DNA from: Chiloscyllium plagiosum
Lineage: Eukaryota
Reading direction: 5' to 3'
Assembly (NCBI RefSeq): GCF_004010195.1
Contig: NC_057750.1
Location: forward strand, 20,277,964-20,341,963
DNA: 64,000 nt
Shown here: piece after piece, positions 35,610 to 48,594 of the stretch
Layout: every line of letters begins with the position of its first letter
Numbering within the stretch: position 1 is the first letter of the stretch
Notes under the pieces: generated by a model
Told to the model about the DNA's origin: nothing
Database searches by the model: none
The model's input: the letters and a program-made list of their open reading frames with translations, nothing else
Program-made: the position numbers and the translations under genes

Positions 35610-37850
35610 GAATCATAAGTCCATAAGATACAGGAGCAAAATTAGGACATTCGGCCCACTGAGTCTATTCTGACATTGTTGTTTCTCTCTCCCCCATTTT
35701 CTTGCCTTCTCCCTGGAACCTCTGATCTATCAATCAAGAATCTCTCTGTTTTGACTACATTCAGTGGCTTGGCCTCCACAAACTTCCATGGCAATGAGTG
35801 GCACGGATGAACCATCCCCTGGCTGAAGCAATTCCACAACTCAGTTTTATGGGTCATCACTTCACTCTGAAGCCATACCCTCATGTCCTAGTCTCTTGTA
35901 TTACATTTTCTCCATGTCCACTCTATCCAGGTCTCTCAGTTCTCTTTAAATGCGATCCACCACATCCTTCTAAATTCTATGAAGTACAGATTCAGAGTCT
36001 TCAACCACTCCTCAAATGATCAGCCCTTCATCCCTGCGATCATTCTTGTAATCAATGATTCCTGTGATCATTCTACGGACCCCCTCCAAGGTCAGCACAT
36101 CCTTCCTTAGATAAAGGGACCAAAACTGCTCAGATTATTCCTAATCCGATCTGACCAGAATCTTACACGCTTCTGCTCTTGAATCCCAGTCCTTTTGAAA
36201 TAAATGCTGATATTAAAATTGCATTCCTGTCAACTGAACATACATGTTAACTTGAAGAGAAACCTGAACGAAGACTAAGTCCCTTTATGCTTCAGATTCT
36301 CAAAGCCTTTCCCCATTTCGAAAAAAAAGGCTACTCTTCCATGCTTCCAACCACAGTACATAACCTCACACTCTCCTAAATTGTATTCCATGTGCCACTT
36401 CTTTGCTCACTCTCCTCACCTGTCAAGTTTTTCTTCAGTCTCCCTGTCTCCTCAACTCTACCTGTCCCTCTCAGCTTTGTGTCATCTGCAAACTTTGCAA
36501 TGTTGCCCTCAGTTCCTTCATCCAGATCACTAATAATGTGAATTATTGACAACACTGACCTATGTGGAGCTCCACGAGTCACATGGCTGCCAATCTGAGG
36601 AAGACTCCGTGACCCCTACGCTGTCCTATCTGCCAGTCAGCCAATCCTGTATCCACACGAGTATCTTGCCCATAACACCATGGGCTCGTATCATATTTGG
36701 CAGCCTCCTGTGCAGCTCCTTCTCAAAAGCCAAATGGATCACACCCACTGGCTTGCTTTTGTATCACTTGTTCGATACCTACGCAAAGAATTCCAGCAAA
36801 TTTGTCAGACATGCCCTCCCCTTGAAGCCATACGGTCTCAGCCCGATTTTACCTAACACTTCCAAGTATTCTGCAATCTCACCCCTTATAATGGACTCAA
36901 AAATCTTACCAACAACTGAGGTCAGGCCAATCTGCCTACTATTTCCCATCTTCTGCCTCCGACCCTTTTCAAACATGGGTATTACATTAGGCATTTTCCA
37001 GTTCTCAGAGACCCTCCATGACTGAAAGATCACTGCCAGTGCCTCGACAATCTCATCTATCTCCTTCAGAACCCTGGGGTGATGCCCATCTTGTCCAGGT
37101 GATCTGCCTACCTTCAGACCTTTCAGCTTCCCCAGCACCTTCTCTTTTGTCATGGCCACAACACTCACCTCTGCCCCGACTCTCTCGAAGTTCTGTTACG
37201 TTGCTGGTGTCTTCCACTGTGAACGCTGATGCAAGGTATCCATTCAGTTCCTGCACTATTTCTTGGTTCACATTACAACATCGCCAGCCTCATTTTCCAG
37301 TGGTCCAATGTTGACTTTCAACTTGCTCTTACTTTTTATCTGGAAAAGCTCTTGCAATCTTCTTTTATATTGCTCGCTACCTTCATATTTCATCCTTTCA
37401 CCCCTTATAGCTTTTTGTGGTTGTCCTCATCTGGTTTTTAACAGCCTCCAATCCTCTGGCTTCCCATAAATCTTCACCACATTCTAACTTTTCTTTCTTT
37501 TAATTTCATACTATCCCTGACTTTCAGCTATGGTTGTCTTGTACTCCCTTTAGCACGTTTCTTCTGCCTTGGGATGAATTTCTGCTGTGCCTCCCAAATT
37601 CCCCCCCCCCCCCCGCCAGATATTTCACCCTTGCTGCTCCACCTTCTCCCCTGTTAGGCTCCCCTTCCAATCAACTCTGGCCAGCTCCTCCCTCATCACT
37701 TTGTAGTTACCTTCACTCAACTGTAATCCCATAACATCTGACTCCAGCTTCCATATCTCAAACAGCAGGCTGAATTTTATCATATTATAATCACTGACCC
37801 CCTAGGTGTTCCCTCACCTTCATTAAGTCTGCCTCATTACACAATAAGGT
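35610..37850 (-). mobile_element. CR1 LINE ORF2, decayed
   Basis: SDLDEGTEGNIAKFADDTKL, NWKMPNVIPMFEKG and ACLTNLLEFF. Confidence 0.85.
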
Positions 37851-38314
37851 AAGATCGAAGACCAACGGGTTCACTCTTTCTAGCATTTACATGTAGTTGG
37901 ATGAAACTGCTGTTTACCAATGAGAACCTCAGGCAAGTAGTCTGGAGGTGCCAGTGTTGGATTGAGATGGACAAAACTAAAAAAATCACACAATGCTGCC
38001 TTGACAATTTCAAGACAGTGCAGAGGTTGGGGGGGGGGGAGCAGGGAGGTGGTCAGGAATGGTGGTGGTGGGTTCAAAGCAGTGTTCCGTGAGTCCGCAT
38101 ACAGAAACTGGAGTTCTCTGTCAAATCCAGCAAGTTCTCTGCTAAATTGACTTTTTCTTTCTGCAACAATGAAAATCAATGCTGCCAAATTCCAGTTCCA
38201 GCAACAAGCAAATTGTGTCGATTGAATGTGCGACACGCAACTGATGCATGGGATTCAGAATCAGTGTGTCAAGTCCTGATTTGAGCTAGGGTGCCCGAGA
38301 GGAGGCAGACTTAC

Positions 38315-38392
38315 CAAAGACACAGGAGGAGCTGGCTGGAGTCAAATTCTTCCTCACCAGCATGTTTTGTTTCAGAAAAGCAGCAAACTGAG
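38315..38392 (-). CDS. KANSL3: KANSL3 exon, 78 nt, symmetric phase ([26 protein letters not shown])
   Basis: Matches human [26 protein letters not shown]. Acceptor gattccag, donor TTG|gtaagt, phase 1/1. Confidence 0.92.
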
Positions 38393-38519
38393 CTGGAATC
38401 AATCATAGGACAATTAGCAAACCACAACATCTCTAGTCCCATCTGTAAGAGTCTCAGAAATGCAAACTGATTGTTTCAAAGTTAAATTGGAGATCCAACA
38501 GACAGTAGACTGTCCAGAC

Positions 38520-39490
38520 CAGGGACAATATTGCTGCTCAGTGGTTGGTACAGCAAAGGAACCATACAGCAAAGTTAGAAGCAAAAACGTGGGATGAGAT
38601 TACAGACAGGCTGCAAAGGAATAGCGACAGCTCAACAAAGTGGTCAGCAACAAGGCAGGTGGAATACGATGCTTCAAAATATGAAGTTATCCATTTCAGA
38701 AAGGAAAACAGAAAAATCATTGCTTCATCTCCCCATGGGATGCGACTGGAAACTGACATTCAGCAAGATCTTTGTTCACAAATCACAGAACATCAACATG
38801 CAAGGTACAGCAAGCAAGTTGGATAGCAAATGATACATTCATCTTTACTGCAAAAGGATTGGAATGCAAGAATGAAGTCATCTCACTGCAATTATATAGG
38901 GATTTGGAGAGCCTACATGTTTGGCCTCTTCAATGAGTTGCTTTGGAAGGGGTGCAACAACGGTTCACTAGGTTGATTTCCCACAGTGCACAAATTATCT
39001 TGGAGGAGAGAGTGAGTAAAGTAGGAATATTGTTCCCCAGAAATTCAAAGAATCAGAGATGATCTCTTTGAAAGACATGAAGTTCTTAAGTTGCTTGACA
39101 GGACTCAGAGGTTGTGTCCCACACAGCTGGGGACTCCAGAAATGGAGTTCATGTTCTCAGAATAAGGGGTTGATAATTTAGGACTGAGACAGCAACAAAT
39201 CACTGAATGGATTGAGGACCTTTCAGATTCTTGATAGTGTCAGGTGCTCAGAAATTACAAATATTCAAAACAGAGAAGGATAGGTGTTTGGACATTTCAA
39301 GAATTAGGATAAACATGGGTCAGGTCAGAAGGTGAAGCTTAGGTCAAACAACGAAACATTGAAAACAGGAGAAACATTAGGCTTTGATCCTTCAGGCCTG
39401 CTCCGCCATTCCATATGATCAAGGCTAACTATGACTTCATTGAAAGATGAAGTTGGTGCAGCGGGCTAAATAGTCTGCTCCTACTCCTAA
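38520..39490 (+). mobile_element. Old CR1 LINE remnant
   Basis: SKYEVIHFRK and a degenerate CR1 3' region. Confidence 0.55.
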
Positions 39491-40028
39491 TTCCATACAT
39501 TTCTTCCACTTGAAGGCTATTTAGCTCAGCAGGTCTCCACTAGATCTGTGCAAGAATTACCCAAATAAATCCAAACAATTCCTCTGAACCTGTAGGTCCG
39601 CCAGCTTTTCCCATTCATGTACTTTGCTCATTCTCTTTTTAAAAATCCTATCACTGAAGTTATTTCCTCTGTTTTTTGAGGCAACGACTTTCAAGGGGTC
39701 ATGTTCACTTGTTGCATGAAAACAATCCTCAGGACCAAAATTCTCAATGGAGCAAGAGTGTCTCAGGAAGTGAGATATATTTCCAACTTGGCCTTAGTAT
39801 ACATTCAAGAAATCTGGGAACAGATGCCATGATGGTGTGTGGCACAGAGAGTTACACTGTGACACATTATGGACAGCCGTTACTGAAACAATGCATGCAG
39901 AGTTCAGTAACAGAGCTCCAACCCTCAGGCACACGAGGCTGCACATTCTCTCTGGAAATCCTCAGAATGTCATCAACCAACAGTTGATGCAATTGCTGCA
40001 ATGCATGCCATGAAAGGGGTTGAGTTAC

Positions 40029-40230
40029 CTTGAGCTTGTTTCTGAGTCAACACCGTGCCAGTCCGCTGCATGTGTTGTTTGAGGATCTGGGTGAACTGAG
40101 CAGAAAGGCTGGGTGACTGGCTTGCAGCAGTGGCAGTAGCTGTGATCAGGCTGGCCTTCTGGGCAGGCGACAAGGTGGAGCTCTTTGTCTTTGGACTGGA
40201 ATTGGGACTGCTTGACACGCTGGAGGTGCC
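40029..40230 (-). CDS. KANSL3: KANSL3 exon, 202 nt ([16 protein letters not shown]...[19 protein letters not shown])
   Basis: Matches human SSVSSSPTSSPKTK...LLKRHVQRTEAVLTHKQAQ. Acceptor tttttcacag, donor AAG|gtaact, phase 0/1. Confidence 0.93.
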
Positions 40231-40814
40231 CTGTGAAAAAGAGGCATTGCATAAGAACATGTGAATAGATGCCATCCAGTCCATTAAGTCTGCTCCACTA
40301 TTTCATATGATCACAAACGATCTGGACTTCAGCTCTGCATTCCTGTCTGTTTTTCATCATCCTAAGCCATCTTTGAGCCTGACTTCCTGCTAAGTTTAAT
40401 TTCCCAAATGAAAGTATTTTATTTGATAAGTTGGAAATATCTCCAAACTGTATCCTCCAGAATACCTCTATTTAACAATATACAATGTATCCATCAAGGC
40501 TTCAGTCTGTGAGCAGAAACCACTCATATTCCCTTCTCTTTCTCATACTGCTCCTTGTAAATTATTGCATCAGGAGGGAGTTTGTGATATAGTTCATCCT
40601 GGATCTCATTGAAGAGAAAGACTTGTAGCGGAATGAACACTTCTGAGATATATTCACTGGCCTGAAGTAGGAATTGAGGCTTTCAATTTCGAGCAGCAAT
40701 TCCACTATAACAACAGGAGGTAGTAAACAAATAATGCATATGTCAGAGTCTTGGCTCGGAGACTGGAGAAGAACTTCTCTGCTCCATTTTAAGTTAGTGC
40801 CATGGTAACCTCTA

Positions 40815-40921
40815 CATATTTCTGAAATAACCTGTTCAGACATGTTATGACACACCTCTGGGGCAAGTGGATCTTGAATCCAGGACCCCTGCCTCAGAGA
40901 TAGGGACACTACCACTGTGCC
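40815..40921 (-). mobile_element. tRNA-derived SINE head
   Basis: Minus strand gcacagtggtagtgtccct...ggattcaagatcc has A-box and B-box-like motifs. Confidence 0.5.
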
Positions 40922-41104
40922 AAAAGAATCCTCCTTGTGAACTTCTATACACAGCAGAGAGAGCAAAGAGGGCATTAGTTAAACTTGGTACCTAAATATA
41001 GCACTTACGTCAGTGCAGCATCCTACCTTCTGAGAGAGGACCCTTTTATCCCATAACCAACTAACAAGGCCTCAGTTTAAAAATTATCTGAGCCCCCCAT
41101 TCAT

Positions 41105-41205
41105 TTCAACAGTCTCTCAGTACTAACCCTGACAGTGCGGCGCTCCCTCAGCACCGACCCTCTGACAACGTGGCGCTCCCTCAGCACTGGCTCTCCGATA
41201 GTGCA
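41105..41205. repeat. About 33-bp minisatellite (3 copies)
   Basis: Unit approximately ctctgacagtgcggcgctccctcagcactgacc. Same unit as 48595-48808. Confidence 0.75.
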
Positions 41206-42449
41206 GGGTTAGGATTCTTTTGTGATTGCTCCACAGATTGGTCACAGCAGCACAAAGGCTCCAGAATTAAAATTCTAGCTTCCAGAGAACAACAACTGCA
41301 TGCCCTGAAGGAACTGCCCAAAGCCTTCATTAAAGTGGTAGCTTTCAGGAAGCACTATCAAGGGGGCAAGCTGGTAGAAAAAAATCGCATGAGGCATTTC
41401 GAAAGCTGAGGGAGCTGGAGGCACAGCCATTATCTGTGGAACAATTTTCACTGAGCAAAAGGAAGCATTTGGCACATCACTCTGCACTTATCCTTAGCAG
41501 CCTTCCAAGCAAGCATTTTGACTTAATGCCATTCTCCCACCCTTTTGCTATCATCCTGCACATTATTTCTATTTAAATAACCATCCAGCACCCTCTTGAA
41601 TGTCTTGCATGAATCTATCCCCATCACAGAGCCAGGGAGCACATTCCAAACCTGAACTACACAATGCATGGAACAGTTTCTTCTGATATCACTTTCGTTT
41701 CTTCCTAAATCACTTCAAATCAGTGTGCTCTCATTGCCAATTTGTTTAAGGCTGGGATTAGATGCTGTCTGTATATTGTGTGCAGATCTTTTGAAAACCT
41801 CTGGCAAACCTTGGCTTAGTCGTCATCTCTCCAAGGAGAACAGCTCCAACTTCTCCAATCTTTCTTCAGAACCGAATTTCCTAATGTCTGTAACTGCTTT
41901 CATAAAGGGAAGTCAGTTCGCTCAGACCTCCAGTTTGCAATGCAGTGTGATGCTAACAGTATGGGTTCAATTCCTGCACTGCCTGAGTTACAATGAAGCA
42001 TACTCCTTCGCAACCTTTCCCCTCACCACAGTCATGGTGACCTTCAGGTTAAACCATCATCAGTTGTCTTCCTCTAATGAGAGAGCAGCCTTAGGGTCCA
42101 GCAGGACAATGACTTCACTTTTAGCTGTTCTCACTAACCTCTTCCGCAGTGTATCTAATGCATTCACATATTCCTGGAATGATGAAAATTCAGATTGCAT
42201 TCAGGGTCAGAACTGGAAGAATGATGAGATCTCAAAGTTGCCAGAATGCTCAAGATTGTCAAGTCAGGAAGGGTTCTTTACATTGAAATGGAAGCCAGTG
42301 CAGGTCAGTGATCATAGAGGTAATGGATAATTGGGAAGACAATGCAGCAAACAATGCTTTACAAAAGCTTGGATTTCTGTACAGTGAAACAAGTTATTCT
42401 GGAAAGGAGGGATTAACGAGTTCTTGGTATGAAATTACTGCAAAGAAGT

Positions 42450-43105
42450 TAAACACGAGACTTCTTTTAATTAACTTGTGGGTATATGGACATTGCTGGC
42501 TGGCCATCATTTTATTGTCAGTCCTCAGTTGTAGTGAGCTGCTGCCTTGAACTGGTGCAGTCTACCTGCTGTGGGTTGACTCAATGTCCTCAGGGAGGGA
42601 ATTTCTGGATTTTGACCAAGCGACAGTGGGGGGATTGGAGGGGAATTTGCAGGAGGTGTGACCCCATGCATCCGCTGTCCTTGTCCGTCTGGATGGAAAT
42701 TGTTGTGAGCTTGGAAGGTGCTGTGTGAAGAACTCTGGTGAATTTCTGCAGTGCATCTTGTAGGTAGTACACACTGCTGCCAGTGAGTGTCAGTGGTGGA
42801 TGGTGTTGACATTCTCAAGTGTTGCTGGAGCTGAATCCAATCAGGCAAATGGGTAGAATTTCATCACACTCCTGACTTGTGCCTTGCAGATAGTGGGCAA
42901 AAGTGAGGACAGCAGATGCTGAAGATCAGAGTTTAGATCAGAGTGGTGCTGCAAAAGCACAGCAGGTCAGGCAGCATCCGAGGAGAAGGAAAATCGACGT
43001 TTCGGGCAAAAGCCCTTCATCATTTCTTGCAGATAGTGGACAGGCGTCGGGGATCAAGAGGTGATATCCTCGCTGTGGTATTGCCAGCCTTTGACCTGCT
43101 CTTCG
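42450..43105 (-). mobile_element. LINE 3' end of the second CR1/L2-like family, interrupted at 42900-43025
   Basis: CTTYKMHCRNSP peptide. Homologous to 18770-19300. Confidence 0.65.
42900..43025 (-). mobile_element. Family A Penelope-like terminal insertion; hammerhead core truncated at C3
   Basis: TSD cttgcagatagtgg(g/a)ca (42883-42899 and 43026-43042). Minus strand aTGATGA-A-GGGC-TTTT-GCCC-GAAAC-GTC. Confidence 0.75.
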
Positions 43106-45925
43106 ACCATAAGACATAGGAGCAGAAATTAGGCCCTCAGTCCATCGAGTCTGTTCTGCCCCATTCAATCATGGCTGACAAGTTTCTCACACCCCATTCT
43201 CCCTATGATCTCTGATCCCACTAATACTCAAGAATCTATCTACTTCCATCTTAAATATACTCAATGACCTGACCTCCACAACCTTCTGTGGCAATGAATT
43301 CCATTGATTCACCACCCTATGGCTGAAGAAGTTTCTCCTTTTCTTCATTCTAAAAGGCTGTGCCCTCAGGACCTAGTTTCTCCTACCAATGGAAACATCT
43401 TCCCAACATCCACACTGTCTGATCCATTCAATGTTCTGTAAATTTCAGTTATATCCCCTCTCATTCTTCGAAACCCCATTGAGTATAAACCCAGAGTCCT
43501 CAAATGTAACTCAGACATTAAGCTTTTCATTTCTGGGACTATTCACGTGAACCTCCTCAGAACATCCTCCCTGAGATACAGGGTCCAAAACTGCACACAA
43601 TACTCCAAAATTGTCTGACCAGAGCCTTATAGAACGTCATAAGTACATTCCTGCTATTATATTCAGGTCCACTCAAAATAAATGCATTAGTGCAATCGCC
43701 TTCTTAACGACTGACTCAACCTGCAGGTTTAGCCTGAGAGACTCCTGAACTAGAACTCCCAAGTCACTTAGCACTTCAGACTTCTGAATTTTTTTCCCCA
43801 TTTAGAAAATAGCCCATGCCTCTACCCTTCCTACCCAAGTGCATGATCTCACACTTTCCCACATTGTACTCCATCTGCCACTTGTTTGCTGACTCTCCTA
43901 ACCTGCCCAATTCCTTCTGTAGCCTCCCCTGCTCCTCAATGCTACCTGTTCCTCTACCTATCTTTGTATCATCTGCAAACTTAGCCAGAATGCCTTCAGT
44001 TCCTTCATCGAGATTGATAATGCATAAAGTGAAAAGTTGTAGTTCCAACACTGAGCCTTGTGGAACACCACTGGTCATCGGCAGCCATCGTGAGAAGGAC
44101 CCTCGTGTGTCCACTCTCTGCTTTCTGCCTAGACAATCAAGCTTCTATTCATACCAGTACCTTGCCTCTGACACCATAGGGCTTTATCTTATTTCGTAGC
44201 CTCCTGTGCAGGACCTTGCTAAAGGCCTTCTGGAAGTCCAGGTAGATAACAATCATTGGCATTCCTTGGTCTAACTTGCTCATTATTTCCTCAAAGAATT
44301 CTAACAGATTTGTCATACATGACCGCCCTTGATGAAACCATGCTGACTTGGCCTTATTTTACAATACACTTCCAAGTATTCAGAAATCTCATCCTTCACA
44401 ATGGAGTCCAGGATGGTACCCACGACCAAGGTCAGGCTAATTGGTCTGTAATTTTCCATCATTTGCCTTACTCCCTTTTTAAACAGAGGGGCCACGTTAG
44501 CGATTTCCCAGCCCTCTGGGACCCTCCCTGATTCTAGTGATTCCTGAAAGATCACCACTAACGCTTCCACTACCTCTTCAGCTACTTAGAACTCTAGGGT
44601 GCAGTCCATCTAGTCCTGGTGATTTATCTACCTTCAAGCCATTCAGTTTCACTAGCACCTTCTCCTTGGTGATTGCAACTGTACGCACCTCTGGCCCCTC
44701 CCTCTTGAATTTTTGGGCAAATACTCATGAAGACTAACACAAAGTAATTATTCAGTTCCTCAGCCATTTCCATGTTCCCCACTACTATCTCTCCAGCGCC
44801 ATTTTCCAGCGGCCCAATATCCACTTTTGCCTCTCTTCTGCCCTTTATATATCTAATGAAACTCTTGCAGTCTTCCTTTACATTACTGGCTAGCTTACCA
44901 TCACTTTTAATCTTCTCTCTCATTTTTTTTTGTTGCCCTCTGTTGGTCTTTGTAAGCTTCCCAATCCTCTGCCCTTTGCCACATTATACGCTTTCTTTTT
45001 TGGTTTTGTACTGTCGCTGATTTCCCGATTCAGCCACGGTTGCCTCATCTTCCCTGTACCATGAATCTTTTTTTCTCAGGATGGACCTCTGCTGTGTCTC
45101 CGGAATTACTCTCAAACTCCTGGCATTGCTTTTCACGGTCTTTCCTGCTGGACCCCTCTCCCAGTCAATTCTGCCCAGCTCCTCCCTCATGTCTCTGTAG
45201 TTGCTTTTAATCAGCTGTAATACCATTGCATCCGATTCCACCTTCATCTTCTCAAATTGCAGAGTAAATTCTATCAAATTATGATCACTGCCTCCTCAGG
45301 CTTCCTTCACCTTACGCTCCCTTATCAAAGTGTGCCACATTGCACAACACTAAATCCAATATTGCATGTTCCCTACTGGGCTCCACCACAAGCTGCTCCA
45401 AAAAGCCATCTCATAGACATTCCACAAATCCCTTTTCTTGCCCACCTTGCTTTCCCAGTCCACCTGCATATTGAAATCCCCAGGATCACTATAACTTTGC
45501 CTTTCCTACATATCTTTTCTATCTCCTGGTGTATGTCCCAGTTCCTGACTACTATTGAGGCCTGTACATAACTCCAACTACATTTTTATTTTTACCTTGC
45601 TGTTCCTCAATTCTACCCACACCTACTTCATTTCTTACTATTGATTTAATTTCCTTTCTTACTAATAAGGAAACCTCACCTCCTCTGCCCACCTGCCTGT
45701 CTCTGTGAGAGCATATATATCCGTGAATATTCAGCTCCCAACCCTGATCCCCCTGCAGCCACGTCTCCGTGATGTCCACCATGTCATATTGTCAATTTCG
45801 ATCTACGCCACAAGCTCATTTACCTTATTTCTTATACTGCATGCATTCAGATATAACACCTTCAGTCCTATATTAACCTTCCCTCTTCTCATTGCCATTT
45901 GTTTATCCGGTGTGCTTGAAGTCTG
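43106..45925 (-). mobile_element. CR1 LINE ORF2, nearly complete but decayed
   Basis: LYLNACSIRNK and ITETWLQ (APE endonuclease), NYRPISLT, QHGF, GVPQGSVL and FADDTK. Confidence 0.9.
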
Positions 45926-45929
45926 TGCA

Positions 45930-46470
45930 TTGATGTAAACAGTCCGGTTGAGTTTCTGATCAATGGTAACTTCAAGGCTGTTGATAGTGGAGCATTTAGT
46001 GATGACAACACTATTGAATGTCAAGGGATGTTGATTAGATTGTCTCTTACGAGTGATGGTCATTGCATGGCATTTGTGTGGCATGAATTTTACTTGATAC
46101 TGGTCAGCTCAAGCCTGGATATTGTCCAGATCTTGTTTTCATTTGAACATGGATGGCTTCAGTACCAGAGGCGTCACCAATGATGCTGAACATTGTGCAA
46201 TCATCAGTGAACATCCCCACTTCTGATGATGGAGGGAAGGTCATTGATGAGGCAGCTGAAGGTGGCTATGCCCAGGTGACTCCCCAGAGGAACTCCTGCA
46301 GACATGTCCTGGAGCTGAGATAACTGATCTCCAACAACGACAATCATCTTATGTGGCAGCTCTGACTGAAGCCACTGAAGAGTTTGCCTCCTGATACCAA
46401 TTGTGCTGGGCTCCCTGATACTACAATCAAATGCAGCCTTGATGACAAGGGCTATCACTCTAATCTCGCC
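45930..46470 (-). mobile_element. Second CR1/L2-like LINE family, RT fragment
   Basis: IKAAFD, GVPLGS..G and FSCLINDLPSIIRS. Confidence 0.7.
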
Positions 46471-47674
46471 TGATATGGTTTTAGATTGGCAACATCCAAA
46501 AGCCAATGTACTAAATCGCACATGTCCACTATTTGGCCCCTCATGCCTGTTCACAGTTCAGATAGATCACTGTTAACCTGTTTGTTTCAAATGCCACATT
46601 TCTATCTGTCCCTCTTATTCTTTGCCTTTCCAGTTGGCAACAATCTACCTTTGCCATAACTATAATGAACGACTCCCTTACATTGTCTTCTGTAGCAGAC
46701 TTCTAAAGTAGGAAAACCCTCAGAGGTAACAAAACCTAATGATGTCTTGAAAATATCCTTTTGTTGTCTGCACAAATACTTTCCTATGTCTCTGTCTGTA
46801 AACTCAGCTGCCATATCTTCCCTTCCCTTGTCCCAGTCATCGTTGTAAACTGTGAAATGTTGCGACGCCTGCAGGAGTTCACTCATGGAATGTGGCGGAT
46901 CATCTTATGAGGAAAGGTTCAACAGACGACGTTTGTATCCACTTGAGTTTAGAAGAGTCAGATGTAACTTGATTGAACTGTACAAAATCCTGAGGGGTCC
47001 TGACAAGTTGGATGTGAAGTAAATGTTTCCTATTCTGGGAGAATCAAGAACAAGGGATCGCTCTTTAAAAACAAGATTTAATGGCAGCTCAAGCTCGAGT
47101 GTCTGAGTGACCTCTTCTTCCTTGTTGCTGTGGTCATATGCAATAAAAAGGGAATCAGATACAAGGTACAGTGGATCTAAGCAGATAACACAGACACAGG
47201 TCTCCTATTAAAGAACCAGGGAGAATTCTTCAATAACAGCACAGGACCACGAAACCGCTGGTACAAGACAACGTAAGTTGCAAGTCAGGCAAGCAAGGGA
47301 AGGAGAGGAAAAAGACTAATGCTGCAAAGCTACCAGCAAAGGTTGAGAAACTGTGGAATTTGAACATGGTCTGAACACACCAAGTTATCTTCTGTGATTG
47401 GAGAAAGTGAACATTCATGTAGCAAGTACCAAGAGATAGTGATCAGAATTCATACCATATATACACACCACACCCCCAACCCACGTAACTTCGCCATAAT
47501 GATGATTTACAGTGGAATTTATTTTCTCGCTGAATGATAATTGGTCTGTCAATTAATGTTTGAATTATATCAAATCTGGCTTGTTGGTACAGTTTCTTCC
47601 CAGTGTCAGGTGGAAACGGTGTTTAATTCCAGGTTATTTGTCTCTATGGGAATATTAATAATTCAGTCATTCAC

Positions 47675-47872
47675 CTCAGAACCAGAAGGAGAAGCTGGCA
47701 CTCGACTAAAAGGAGATGTGGGACGGCTACTTCTCTCTGGAAGCTCAAAGGCCAGGTCCCTCCGAGCATCCCGACAGCGTCTCTTCTTGTCTGCATCCAC
47801 ATCTTTGACGTCAGTCCCCAACTGTGCTTCATTCTTGGTTAGAACACCAGTCAGAAAATCACCAATTTCATC
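47675..47872 (-). CDS. KANSL3: KANSL3 exon, 198 nt ([13 protein letters not shown]...[30 protein letters not shown])
   Basis: Matches human [13 protein letters not shown]...RRDLAFEVPERGSRPASP...PASPSGSE. Acceptor cctcag, donor GAG|gtgaat, phase 0/0. Confidence 0.95.
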
Positions 47873-48260
47873 CTGAGGTTAAAAGATCCACAAAATGCAA
47901 TTAATAACTTCCCATTATGTACAGGTCTGCAGAACAAGCTGGCAAGGAGATGTGAAAAGGTGGAAGCTGAATGGCTTTCTTTTGTCATAATGTCAGAGGC
48001 TGCATTAAAACAATACTGTGTGGAGCAGGGGAATCTGAGTGAGAGAGAGCCCAAGTCAAAGCACACAGTGTCTGGTGAGAGCGTGCACAAGAATGAGAGT
48101 GCATATAATTGTTTGTGAATGAATGCCTGAGTTTGGGTGTGAAACTGTGTGTGTAGAGATACTTTGGAGTGACAGTGAGGGGTGTTCAAATGTATGTGAT
48201 GGACAGCGTGAGAAAGGAGTGCTCTTGAATACCTTGACGTGAGAAACACAGAAAGAGTAC

Positions 48261-48324
48261 CTGTATACATCTGTCCACCATGCTCTGCGTCAGACCCTCC
48301 ATCTTCTTCTTTGCTTTATTAATC
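48261..48324 (-). CDS. KANSL3: KANSL3 exon, 64 nt (R-INKAKKKMEGLTQSMVDRCIQ)
   Basis: Matches human ISKAKKKSEGLTQSMVDRCIQ. Acceptor ttatag, donor CAG|gtactc, phase 2/0. Confidence 0.95.
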
Positions 48325-48594
48325 CTATAATGAAAAACATGGATGTTTTTGTACACAGTCCACATTTACCTTCTAGGTTTCCCCTTCAATCCCATCAACC
48401 CGCCTTGTCACAGGCTTCTCTTCAGCTGTTTCCCCTTTAGACCTTTCCTGCTTGTGTGGGATTCATCATAACAAGAGTATTCAGACATCAAATTTCACTT
48501 CCCTGGCTCAAAGGGAGTGATCTGAGAAAGTCAAGGCGAGCAAGACTCCAGTTTGTCGAGAACAAAGAATCAGCAAACAGACCGACTCATAGTA

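Noticed and set aside
41668..42330. 220-aa plus-strand ORF
   Set aside because: It crosses antisense CR1 3' remnants and a SINE-like segment and has no recognisable domain.
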